Positions 42,344 to 54,299 of a stretch of DNA of 64,000 nt are shown here, piece after piece; the stretch's first letter is position 1; every line of letters starts with the position of its first letter. The notes under the pieces were generated by a model. The model did no database searches and was not told the origin of the DNA. It worked only from the letters and a program-made list of their open reading frames with translations. The position numbers were made by a program, and so were the translations under genes. Source of the DNA: Marsupella aquatica (lineage: Eukaryota > Plantae > Marchantiophyta); contig OZ316897.1 of the NCBI GenBank assembly GCA_973895155.1, forward strand, positions 1,762,515 to 1,826,514, given 5' to 3'.

Positions 42344-43100
42344 TCAATTCGACAAGAATAAAAGGCACCAACTTTCGGTTCACGAAAGTTCGCTCACCTG
42401 ATATATGGAGTTCCCTATAAAATAAAATTGAATAGAATAAAAATTAAAAAACCTATGTAATTATACAGAATGCAGCTCAAGCAAAGGGGTCCATTGGAGT
42501 TTACACCTTTTGACATGTCAGTCCCCCTTTTAGTGGATTCTTCTCTTTGTCGCTTTGGAAGTTGTTGTAGTGTATTGTATCGTAGTAATTTTGGGGTTGT
42601 TGTACCGTATTGTATTGTAGTGAGGGACATGCACAACATTCACCAACCAACCAACCAACCAAAGTTAACATATCCAGTTTGAACCTCGATTTCATCGTAC
42701 CAATCTCACCTACCAACTCACCTCAAAACACACACCAGACTACAGTTACAAGCAGCAAAACAAGCAAAAAGGTACTCGCAAAACTCCACCTTGCTGAAAA
42801 GTATGAGCCTCTCTTGATGAGAATTGCTCAGGGTGTTTGTCTTCTATTAGTCAGTTTCCCACCTTGCCACAAAACACGTCAGCAAGAATCTGAAGATTAT
42901 CCTTAAATTGAGGGAAATCTAATGATCAGAAATTAATCTAGACAAAATAGATATGCAACATTCTTAGCATCTTCTCCTTAACCCAAGGTCACATTAGCCA
43001 CCTTGATGACCAACAAAACCCTAAAAATGACCCTGGTACTAAAGGGCATATGGAGAGAGTTTGAATTGGTACTCTGTGTATAGAGAGACCACGCTCGCTT

Positions 43101-43727
43101 AGGATGGCTTTACAAGAAGTTGGAGGACTTGTGGCTGTTGTTCACATAAGCAAAGCAGAGTGCCACTTCCAGCATTCTTTTGGGTGGTAGACATTTGCCA
43201 GGTTTCACCTCTCTCAAAAGTCTTTTGCCACTTTTGCCAAAACTTTGCTAGATGTTTTAGTCTTCCATCAGAAATGCCCACCTTCACATACCCTAGTTAC
43301 TTGCCAGAATTAATAAATAAATTTAGGAAAATTAAACAAGGATGTTCCCTAGCTCACAAGGTGACATTGGCCAGCCTGCTGAAAAAGAAAAAACCTGGAA
43401 GATTACCCTGGCCACTTTTTGTTCTAAAGCTAGACTACAGATCAAATGAACTTCAATAAATGCAAATCCCATGAATGAGGAAACCAAAGTTGGGAAATAT
43501 TTGGATACTCTCCTGTAGTGCACTAAAATGCTAGAAAAATTAAGCACTCAACAGTATCATTTCTTTGGGCCCATTGCTAGCCATGTAGGATGGGTAGACA
43601 CCATACATTATGCACCTTATTTCTTGTAAAGCCAACTTCAGCCATTTGAACACTCCTTTTATGGCCCAGATTAAATCTCAAAGGGAATAAAAGAAGCAAT
43701 TGGTCCGGGATCTTGTAAAGCCATCCT
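43101..43727. mobile_element. MITE with perfect 17-bp TIRs, possibly PIF/Harbinger (Tourist-like)
   Basis: AGGATGGCTTTACAAGA (43101-43117) and TCTTGTAAAGCCATCCT (43711-43727) are exact reverse complements. The flanks are TTA-like but the TSD is imperfect. There is no coding capacity. Confidence 0.7.
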
Positions 43728-44234
43728 TTATCAAAGGGATGGTGGGGTTCAAGTTGTCAACCTTGGACCTATGCTGTTCACAACACCGATACTCATCATT
43801 CTGCCGCCCCATGTGCACCTGGGGGGTTTGAACTTGGACCTTTTTCAGTTTGAAGTTGGAGTAGTGTAGTAGAGTAGTTGAACCATTGTCTTCATCCCAA
43901 AGGAACCATTCTTGTGTGTGCCACCTCCCATAAAGCCCGCTAATGTATATGAATCTTGAGATTTACTAGATTGCCACATTTCTGTCTCAATACATTTATT
44001 TTTAGTTTAACTATTTATTTTGTCATATTCTTTGCCACTGGTTAAGCAGAGTAATTTTGGTTAGCCAGGATTGATCCAGTGGTCAGCATTTCGCCAATTT
44101 CATCATTGGATGGTCCTCATTGTCCTCACGCTCTACCATGGAAGATGGGGAACTGGTAGCCAACCAGGGAGCGGAGCTAGGTGGGGTGGGAACAAACTAT
44201 GAGACCCAACCAATGTCACGGATTTTAAAGAACT

Positions 44235-46400
44235 GATTTTTTGAGGGAAAGATTTTGAAACCTGAATATACAAACTTTTTACAGAAAAGGACCAAACAGA
44301 GTACAAAAGAACAAACAAACGAGGGTCCAAGAGGACAAAACCAAACGTAAAAGAAGTGAGTAATAGGGAATCCCTAAAAACCAAGAAAGAGAAACTGCAA
44401 CTAAGAAGTGAGCAATAGGGAACCCCTAAAAACCAAGAAAGAGGAACTAAAACTAAGAAGTGAGCACTAGGGAACCCATAAAAACCAAGAAAGAGGAACT
44501 AAACTAACCCAAACAGACCGAGGTCCTCATCATTCCTAGCAAATGTGGCAAAAAGCTAATGGACATCAAGTGTCAAAACTAAATCGGCAAGTGGGATTGG
44601 AACATCCTCTAGGGGAGCGAGCCACTGCGAGGACACACTAGCACCCACTGTAAGAGATCGATGATAGATGGCCCGAGCTTGAGCATGCTGTAAGGTGACT
44701 GAAATGCGTTGGCAAAAGTGCGTGGTCAAAATAGATGAGGAATGACTGGATTGGCCTGAAGCCATCCTCCTGCGCCCTTCCCTCCGAAAGAAAGAATCCG
44801 AGCTTGGTCCGTGTCAAGTGCCTCGGAGAGGATGCTGGAGAGGGTGAAAGCGTGCATACGCACAGCAAGGTCTGCCTGAAGACAAACGGGGTCCAAGGAT
44901 AAAAACTCCTGAAATGAAGGTAACGCAGTGCGAACAGGATCTGGTAATGATGACCGTGATGCGCGCAAATGAATCTGAAATGGGAGGGCACCCTCCTCTA
45001 CCTCCATGAGAGATGAAAGTAAAAAAGGTCGATCCTCAGTAAGGAACGGTCGGCCAACAATGAGAAGGCGGCCCCCCCACGCGCCCAAAAAGGCTAAAGG
45101 TGCAAGGCGCTCAATGGAAGTAAGCCCAAACCCACCCTAAGAAATAGGAAGACTGAGTTGTTGATGAAGCCACTGAGATGAGAGGAACGTACTCGACCCT
45201 AAAAGAGAGGCCAAAGTCTCACGAATGGAGATGTCTCAGACGACGGCCTTCCCCCTGGGTTCTTGAGGACCGTCGACTGGACGTAGGAACCCAGGGGGAA
45301 GCGCAAGATCAGAGGGTAACCTGGCTGGACTCCATGCACAACTCTCCACAGGCTGAACCCGTAAACCTAGGCCCATCAAATGGGTGGAAAGAGTGGCGAG
45401 GGCAGAAGTAACCGCTGCGGGAGGACCAATGATGTGGGTGTCATCTGGAAGGGAGAGGAAGATACACTGGGGGTGGGCCACAGCGGCTTCCCGTAAACCT
45501 GTAAAATGGGCAATTGCAAAAAGGGGCCCACCCAAACTAAGGGTCACCTTGACGTGTACCTTTTGCAGAAGAAAGAGTGGTATACACTCCAGTAGAGGTG
45601 TGATGACTATAGAAGAGTTTATCCCCTTTGTCCGTTGTTTTTATGGACTCGAGGCCCCGACCGCCGCCCTCAAAGCATAAAAAATTGTTGCCCGAGAAAG
45701 CTGTTGAAAGCATTAGAGACATCAACCTGGAGGACAACCCAATCAGGGTGGAGGTCCAAGGTAGCGCAAATACCCGCAATAACTGCCTCACAACCGCCAG
45801 AAATGCCCACTGCAAACTGATGTGGAGAGCGGTGATCCGATAGTGCAGAGCAATATTGCGATGAAAGTGTGCGAGACACAAGACGAAGAAATACCTCTCC
45901 AATAGCTATTGGCCAAACACCCGATGAAGACTTAGCCATGGCCAATAAACGAGAAGCACTCAAGAGCCGAGAGACGGGAGGAGGCAAATTAACGGCCGGC
46001 TGCAATACACTGGAGAAAACTGGAAAACCAAACTGAGGATCCTCGGGGGGAAATAAATCACAAAAATGTTCAAAAACATAGCCAGAGGGGCCACCAGCCG
46101 CGCAATGCGCGGCATGGAGGAAGACATAGGTGAAGTGGTCCCTACTAAACTGAAGATCCTCCTCAGGCTCAAAATCCTCCACGAACAAAGGGCTGCGGAT
46201 GGAGATCCTGAAGGGCCGTCAAGGTGACCTCGCCAGGGGGCAGGTGTGGTGGGAGAAAGGGCCTGGATGGCCCGATGATATTCACCAGCCTGGGTTAAAC
46301 GACAAGAGCGACAAAGGCATCTATGCTCTGGAGGATGAGAGTGGCGAGCTGGTTCAGACAAAGCACGGGCGGTAAAGGATCGGGCTCGAAGAAAGTACTA
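44235..46400 (-). mobile_element. Decayed CRE-like (RLE-type) non-LTR retrotransposon with a frameshifted RT
   Basis: Motifs in order: GEYHRAIQALS, AGGPSGYVFEHF, LLAMAKSSSGVWPIAIGEVFLRLV, HQFAVGISGGCEAV, WVVLQVDVSNAFNS, GTRQGDP/LGGPLFA, SLPDDTHIIG, LSLPIS*GGFGL, ARILSFGGKGAGGWLQANP, HFCQRISVTLQHAQARAI. The 3' UTR has three ~53 bp repeats (44352-44510). Confidence 0.8.
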
Positions 46401-46589
46401 TTCCTGAAGCTGCTCCCAATCTACCAGCAGAAAACAATGGAGTGTATATTAAAGTGCCACTTTGGAAGATTATGGCAACTCAAGCCACATAGATGCCAAA
46501 AAGAACCACCTTTCAGATTTTGCTTTCTAATGTCCTGTGCATGGGTGTATCTTTAGGTTTTATTTAGTTATATTATTATTTTAGTTTTG

Positions 46590-46775
46590 CACACCTTAGC
46601 CTTGCGTTGGGTGACAAGTTTTCAGAGGGGATTATTAAACATGTAATCTGCCCTTGTATGGGGCCTGTCCCACCCTTAGGAAGATACCACAAAGTCACCC
46701 TCTTGAGATTTGAACTCCTCGGACCTCAAGTGTACTATTGTGAGTTGCTACCACTAGCCTGTCTATTTGGGATCA
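46590..46775 (-). mobile_element. tRNA-derived SINE-like fragment, same family as the 39467 element
   Basis: The minus strand reads CCCAAATAGACAGGCTAGTGGTAGCA...GAGGAGTTCAAATCTCAAGAG (A and B boxes), later followed by ACTTGTCACCCAACGC. Confidence 0.55.
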
Positions 46776-46859
46776 TGTTAAAGAGGAAAAAGTGTGTAAG
46801 TTGGTGATCTGATACCTGGCCCAAGTTGGCAGAAGGGCTTATAATCCCAAGAGAAAGTA

Positions 46860-47330
46860 AAAAATATAAAAAAATATACACACTTTTTATATACAAAGGG
46901 ACCAAACAGAGTACAAATGAACAAACAAAAGAGGGCCCAAGTGGACAAAACCAATCGAAAAAGAAGTGAGCAAAAGGGAACCACTAAACACCAAGAAAGA
47001 GGAACTAAAAGTAAGAAATGAACAATAGGGAACCCCTAAAAACCAAGAAAGAGAGAGAGACTAAAACTAACCCAAGCGGACCGAGGTCCTCATCATTCCT
47101 ACCGATTGTGGCAAAAAGCTAATGGTCCACATCAAGAGTCAAAACTAGATCGGCAAGTGGGATTGGAACATCCTCAAGGGGAGCTAGCCGCTGCGGAGGC
47201 ACACTAGCACCCACTGTAAGAGATCGACGATAGATGGCCCGAGCTTGAGCACGCTGTAAGGTGACTGAAATACGTTGGCGAAAGTGCGTGGTCAAAATAG
47301 AAAGCGGGGGTCCGGTGGGACCCATTCGGC
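46860..47330 (-). mobile_element. 5'-truncated second copy (3' end) of the CRE-like element
   Basis: SILTTHFRQRISVTLQRAQARAIYRRSLTVGASV...PIPLADLVLTLDV and the 3' UTR are highly similar to 44270-44735. Confidence 0.88.
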
Positions 47331-47879
47331 CAAGAGAAAGGTTTTTATATTAAAATACCAATTTCAAAGGACTCAAAATAACAAGGGAATATAGTTGCCC
47401 AGATTTAAGAACATTTCTTTCCTTATATTGTTGTTTATGATAGTATATAAATATAATATGTGTAATGGGTTAAGATTGTAAAACTGGGAGAGGAGCAAGA
47501 GTCTGACAATATTCCTTATAGCGGCTATGTCATACATATATTCAGGAACGAAAGTTAGACTTAGTGACTACTCCAATTTCTAGCTAGGCTGGATGGTGAT
47601 CTTCCCCACTAAGTATCGGGGAAAGTGGCCGACATATCTCTCTTATGAGCATGTTTCCAACAGATGCTCCAAATCGTCAGCCTCCATAGTGGCCACATGG
47701 TTAATGGAGACGTACCTGAAAGAGGAGCTCCTTTGCCAAGATATGACCCATGATTGGGCACTTTACAAGAAAACTAAGGAATGATTGAGCACTCTTCAAG
47801 AAAACCTAAAGGAATGATTGAGCACTTTTCATGTTCAAAACGTTGGCTAAGGAAGGGCATAAAATGGTGGCTTTAAAAG

Positions 47880-48300
47880 ACGTGGGGGCACTGCTTCTTT
47901 TCATTGTCAATGAGATTAAATCTGGACCATAGAATGAGTGGCAAATGGTTGCAGATGGCTTTACAAGAACTCAAGGCCCATTGATGATAATCCTACATGG
48001 CAAGCAGTGGGCCCAAGGAAATGGTGATGTGGAGTGCTGATGTTGTCTAGGGTTTAGACCACCTCCAAATGTGGTCCCAACATTTCCAAACGTTGGCTCC
48101 ATGAAGGGATTTTGATTTATTGAACGTCATTTCCAAATATTTCTGGTCTGGAGTATCTTTGGAACAAGAAGTGGTCCTACTTGCTTTGATAAAAAAGAGT
48201 CATAAGTTTCCCCAACTTCTGACAGAGCCACCCTAAGAACTTCCTCATCGTTTGAAGACACTTCTTGTAGGCAATAGGCCCGTCACTTTACAACCATCTG
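47880..48300. mobile_element. Inverted, degenerate second copy of the 43.1 kb MITE family
   Basis: CCTACATGGCAAGCAGTGGGCCCAAGGAAATG..GAGTGCT is the reverse complement of ~43542-43590. GATGGCTTTACAAGAA lies at ~47954. Confidence 0.65.
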
Positions 48301-48341
48301 TCATGGACAATTTTTGGTGGTTGTAGAGGAGCCAAACATCA

Positions 48342-48372
<31 letters not shown>

Positions 48373-50050
48373 ACAAAAAAAACCTTATAATTAGTGTTTT
48401 CAAAAAACAACCCATACTTCTTTAGAGATACTAGCTCTTGGCACCAATTCTGTATGTCAATTTTACTATACCATTAAAATAAAATATTTTTGGATACCAT
48501 CACTACCTTGTTTTGATTATTCCTTAAGTTGAGAAACTAACACCCACAACCCATTGGATTGTTAGACATTTACTCTTGGGTCTAGAGTTACTATGTCCAC
48601 AGTTAGTCTAACCATAGTTAGATACATACTTTGATTACTTAGATGTGTCACTATTATATACATTAACATGACATAGCTAGTGAGTGAAACATAGGCTCAT
48701 TGTTATGGAGTTATCTTAGACATAGGGAGAGTTTAGTTTGTGGAGACTCAGTATGGTTGAAAGACTTAGAGTTAGTGAAATTCTCACGTGTGTGTTCTTG
48801 TGGACGTAACCTCTAGAGAGGTGAATCGTATATCACTTGTGTGTCAATTATTTGCTTGTTTGTTGGATGTTTTACATGTGCATCCTATCTTTGAATAGAG
48901 GTACTTTACTCAACATGGACCACTGTAAGACATTTTTTCCTGGAAAGATGAATTCAAAGCAGTCAACTAGGTTAGGGGGCTTTCCCTAAATGAGAGGTAT
49001 CCACCACATGTATGACCATTGACCAACATAAAAAAAAACCCCAGTCTCCTATAAATGAGTATGCACTGTCAAAGTTCCCTGCTGGTAATCACACATCAAA
49101 ATGTGGCTGCATTCATTGATTGAAAGAAAAAAACTAGGATTATCACCGTATGCAAGGGTGTCATACATCGTATATGTCATATTTTGATGTGCAGTTACCT
49201 AGACCCGTCAAAGTTGGAAGACAATAGCTCACCACTGATGAAAAGCCCATGCAAATGATGATTTCATTGGCACCAAGTACTGTAATGAGAAACAAAACAA
49301 TGGCAACTATCAAAGCACCATGATATGCAATCCCTCTCTGTCGTGCTGACAATTTGTATGCAAAATTTCATTCTCGAGGGAAGCATCCCTGACAATTAAA
49401 TTATGGGTCATAAATTTTAATTACCCTGAGATGACCTAAAGGTGCCATTGTAAGCCTTTTCGAAGCCCAAACTATCACTCTCATTGCAGTTTGTGCACTC
49501 CTCATAGTGTTTGACTGTGTGGCGATCTTATTTATGCTTGATACACTTACATACAATACTTTGTAGGAAAATTGTGCTAGACGTATTACACTAAAAGGAA
49601 AAATATTTGTTGCATGAATCTATGTGGGTATTGATTGAATCATCCATTCCTCATCAAAAAGAAATATTGTAGGTGAGAAAGTCCAGGTGTTTTTGCGTTG
49701 TTGCTCTGGTACAGGAGGAGCAATAATCCCAATGTGCTTAGAGTCCCCCCTCTTGGTACGAATGGGGTATGTCATTTCCCCCACACCAAAGGTATTTATG
49801 TCTTTCTATGGAGAGACAAAGATCTGCCAGATCTATAAAAGTCATGTTCAGGACAAGGTACAAATATCATAGCTTGCCTTTTCGGTTTCTTTTGTTTGCG
49901 TAGGTGGGGTGGGAGAGTGTTATGGAGGCTCATAGAGTTTCAGGATCTTCCAGGGACGTATTTCGTACAAAGTAACAAAGTAAAATCTTGTCGTACCTCT
50001 TTTGATTTCAATTTCTTTCCATACTTCTTTTACAACTAATGACTCTTTAT

Positions 50051-50212
50051 TAGGGCGTCTAAAATGTCGCGTTTGCTGCCTTTGGTCGCGGTCAGCGATG
50101 GATTCCCACGAAAAAAGTGGTGGACACAAAACTCCGTGTCCGCACACTGCTGACCAAAACTGATAGTTTTGGGAGTAATTTTTCCCGCAACTCCAAGGTT
50201 TGAGACGCCCTA
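50051..50212. mobile_element. ~160 bp MITE with TA flanks
   Basis: TAGGGCGTCTAAAA ... TTTGAGACGCCCTA is a 13/14 inverted match. The interior is CpG-rich in an AT-rich context. Confidence 0.6.
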
Positions 50213-52759
50213 TTGAATAGTCAAGCAGGATCGATCTTACATAAGAATGTGCCATAAATAGCTCAATGGGCATTATGACTCCATGTCAGTTTGCAAATTT
50301 TAGCAGCCAAAATAATTTTCCAATGCACACCCTTGGCTGGCCTACCTAGTCGGACAAACACTAGGGCATTGTGGAGAACTTTAGGGAAACTTTGGGGTGA
50401 ATAGAGCACTTCCATGTGTTGGAGAGGGCCAACGGAAATGTCCTGAACAAATGCCCATGGCTAACCCTTGTATGTAGTTTTCTGTTCATTTACAAATACA
50501 TTCAAAACCTTGACAGTATCTTAACTACTCCCATCTTTAGTGGAAACGGGGTTATTATAAAAGCACTTTCTTTCAATGAGGCATCACACCTCCAAAATAT
50601 CAAGAACGAGATCCTTTCCCAAAAACAAATGTTGGAATCGTTTTTCTGTCTATAGCGATTTGCATGTAAGGAACGGTAATAAAGTAAAGGAAGGTGTGAA
50701 TCCTTACAAGACTATTAGTCTATTAAGGTCAGCTAATCTAAACATAGACGTGGGTGCCAAAAACGGAGCTCATGGGAATATGAGCACGGGTGCAAGGGTA
50801 GGTGAGGGTTTGTATTATTTTGTTGACTCACATGCTAGGGTTACCATTCTATTACATCATTGTCTGACAAACTTGCTAACCAGTAGTATACTATCAGTAA
50901 AGTAGTTGGTTTTTGAAAATATCAGATGGAGGTTCGTTTCTGGCAAAAAACAAAAGGAAACAAAAACTGAAAATTGTTGTACCATGCCACCTAAATATTT
51001 TTGGTGGACAACACACGACCTTAGTAGATTGACTTATTCCACATGCACTTGGTATGTGAATATTGGTGAACCTCCCCTTTACTGAAAACCAAAAATACCT
51101 CCTCTCTTCCCATTCCTGCTATATTGTAAACGCTTTCTTTTCGTTGAGGGTCCTGGCCATTTCCTTGGGCCACGTGTCCCACGACAGATGCTTTCACTTC
51201 TTCTCTTCGAAGTCATGGGAGATCCCTTTGACATAGGTCTTCTCTGTCATTGAGTTCATCCAAAAGGTGATGGTCCTTTTCTTGGTCTTGCAATTCCTAC
51301 TAAGTGTGGTCAATTGTCAATGGATATGTTCAAACTTACTTTGAGCGAATCCACATGGGTACAATTCATTGACAGTGTGTTGTCCAGTTAAGCCCTCATT
51401 TCTGCCTACAAGGGAAATATTTATAAGTTAGGGGGCGCCCTGGGAATACCTATTTAACTTCTTCAAATCCGAAATATACTATGCTACAGAGGACCATTTC
51501 AGCAGAAACTGGGGATAAAGTAATATTAAAAACGAAACAACAAGGAGATAAGGGTGATGAATGGGCCTTGCCAACAACTATTTTGTCTTGTGGGGCTCTA
51601 ATATTGGTACTATGATAAACAAAAAGGAGAAACAACGAACAGATAATAAAGGTTCTAAGGCAGAGACAATTGTATCAGTGAGACCTTTGAGTTCTAAGGT
51701 AGCGTCAAACAGGCAGGGTGAGATAAATTAGAACTTAAAGATTTAGGGAACTGATAACTTTCTACCAGGCTCTACAGTTTGCTGATAGGTAGGCTTTGAG
51801 GTTTTAGTTTTTGTGTCCCTGGTGGTGCTCGTTTTGCCTGGGTCCTTCTGGCTTATCAGCCCTCACCTGGTTGTTCCACCCTTCATTGGGTCTTTTGCCT
51901 GAGGGATCATGTCTCCCTGTTGGGCGCCTTTTGTTTTTTGATTTTGAAATACAGATCTAAGGTAACTGATAAGGTTTGAGTGGGGTTTCCATCATTCCCA
52001 CTCTTTCATTTATTTTCTAGAAAAAAATGGAGTTTGAGTGAGTTTGATTTGGGAAGGAGGTGAGATTAAAAGGGTTGAGAGAGGTCAGTTGAGCATGACC
52101 TGGGTGGATGAAATTGAGAAGGACTGTGAATGAGGAGGGAGAGGGCCAATTTTGACAAAAAAAACCACAAACAAATATGGATATTTGGCAAATTAAAATG
52201 GTGGGCAGAGGAAAGTGTGAAAAATGGATGAAAAAGTATCAATGGTGCTTTTTCATGCAAAAGTGGTTCAAACTCTGGGCCCAAAACGAGAAACTCCTTC
52301 ATGTACCATAATCAATTGTCTTCCTAGAAAATGTGAGACCCCAAGAAGGACGCAATAAACAAAATGGGCTAACAATTCTTTAAGTCTTCAACAATGGGAA
52401 AGGAGCTGCTTGATCACTTATATCCTTGGTCATGTAATCTCTAACCAAAGATGCACCAAAGTGGAGAGAAACTATACAAGATTTCCTCTCTATGATTCTA
52501 TGACAATATTTTTGACATTCAACAAGCATACCCTGTTAAAGTGTGACGTTTCAAAGCAATCCACGTTGATTATAACTGTCTATCTAACCATCTTGTCAAA
52601 TGTTGCCATCTATGGGAGTGCTAAGCCCTAAACCCTAAATAAATCTTGATTCTCAATTATTTGATTGTGTTTGCTGTTGACTCAATGGGTTCTGTACACA
52701 ATGCTACATGAGGACATCGTGGGAGTTTTCAAATTCAAGGTGGGCCAATGTTCCCGATT

Positions 52760-53560
52760 CAAAGTGTTTGCCACATTTGCACAAAACATTTGTATTTGAA
52801 TTATTATATAGCACTGTTTGTAACAGAGCATTGTGGACAGTAACACCCCACAAAAGTAGGGCCTTAGCTTGAGTTCTGAGTGGTTAGTGTTGCCCACAAT
52901 GCCCTTGTAGCAGGACCTTAACACAAGTAAAGGCCTAAGATTTTTATTTATTTATTTATTTTAGTAAAACAAGGGGAGAACTTTCAGAATGTCCGTATCC
53001 AAATCTGGACTATGCATTCTTGTCTATAAACACTAACATTACAAAGAGAAAAGTCACTAAGGGCAGTAAGTTGAAAGAGATTGAACATTCTGCCTTATCA
53101 AAGGAGTAGAGTCCTGTCTAATTGAATGAATCTAATCAAATTCACTGATTTGCTCTGAGTTGTGCAAATGCTCGTTACCCTCACCTAACATCTCCTACCC
53201 AAGAAACCACTCCCACAGATAATACACATCAACACCTTAAACTTCAAACCCTTCATGAATTTTCTCTTTGTAATTGTCAGGGTCATTATGGAAAAGAATG
53301 CACACTGAAAATTTGGATGAAGTAGTTCTAAAGATTCTCCTCTACTGTTACTAAAAGTAGTAAAAACATAATTCTCTTAAGTATGTTAATTGTATGAAGG
53401 TCCTGTTACAAGAGCATTATGGGCCACAGTAACCCCTCAAAACTAGAGCTGAATCTCTCATTTCCAGGGTATTTTGGGACAAAATACTTTGTAAACAGGA
53501 GTTTACTATATACACAGTTTATTCTGGACACTCCAAGTGTTGGCAGTCACTCAGGGGTCC
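52760..53560. repeat. Long imperfect inverted repeat (fold-back), ~320 bp arms, ~140 bp spacer
   Basis: GCCCACAATGCCCTTGTAGCAGGACCTT pairs with AAGGTCCTGTTACAAGAGCATTATGGGC. ATTACAAAGAGAAAAGTCA pairs with TGAATTTTCTCTTTGTAAT. The pairing blocks are collinear along both arms. Confidence 0.8.
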
Positions 53561-54299
53561 TCTAAAACCTTAAGCATACAAGGTTCGTTCCGAACATTCT
53601 AATCTTTGGCAATCAGTAAGGATTGGTGAGTTGGAAAGAAACAAAATCTTGTTGGTGTATTAGAGACATAATCTGCAGATCTACCAGAGAAATTGGCCAA
53701 GGAAATTCAACAGATGGATGATTTTTTGTGAACGGATTGTTTGAATTTTCAGGCAGCATTGCTCGCGACGTGTCTTTAATTCAGCACGCACAAATCCCAG
53801 GAAATCCCAGGAAGGCTTGAGTGAGTTTTGAGAGCTTTGACGACTGTCCTATACAAGTATTATAAAAAACCCAACCCCAGCCTCACCATCCGAAAGCCCA
53901 GTAATTCCTAATTCCTCAAGTGCTCCTGATCTTTTGGAAACTAAGTTCGTTTTAAACGGAACAATGCATCCGTGTAGGTGAAACAAATCTCACTCATGCG
54001 AACATAAATACCATTATGTCAAGAATTCATCCGAGCAGATGAGCTTGAAGAATTCCTGACCGAGTGGAGACTTGAACTGGGCATCCACTGAACTTGTACT
54101 GCCTCGTCTGGACCTAGAACTGGATTCGATTTACTGTTAAGGAACTTTATTACAATGTCCCTTCTTCAATTTGCGATACTAAGACCTTCAGATGCTCAGA
54201 CGCTAAATTGTCATTTATAAGGGAAAACTGAAATTCCTTTCATGCAATTTCACTGCACCTCCTAGGGACTGCTCCTACATCTTAATTCAGGCTGGAGAC

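Noticed and set aside
40531-43520. CACTA transposon starting at CACTAC (40531)
   Set aside because: The downstream GTAGTG sites I checked give no extended TIR or matching 3-bp TSD.
52626-52639. Interstitial telomere repeat (CCCTAAA)2
   Set aside because: Only two units; could be chance or an isolated telo-box.
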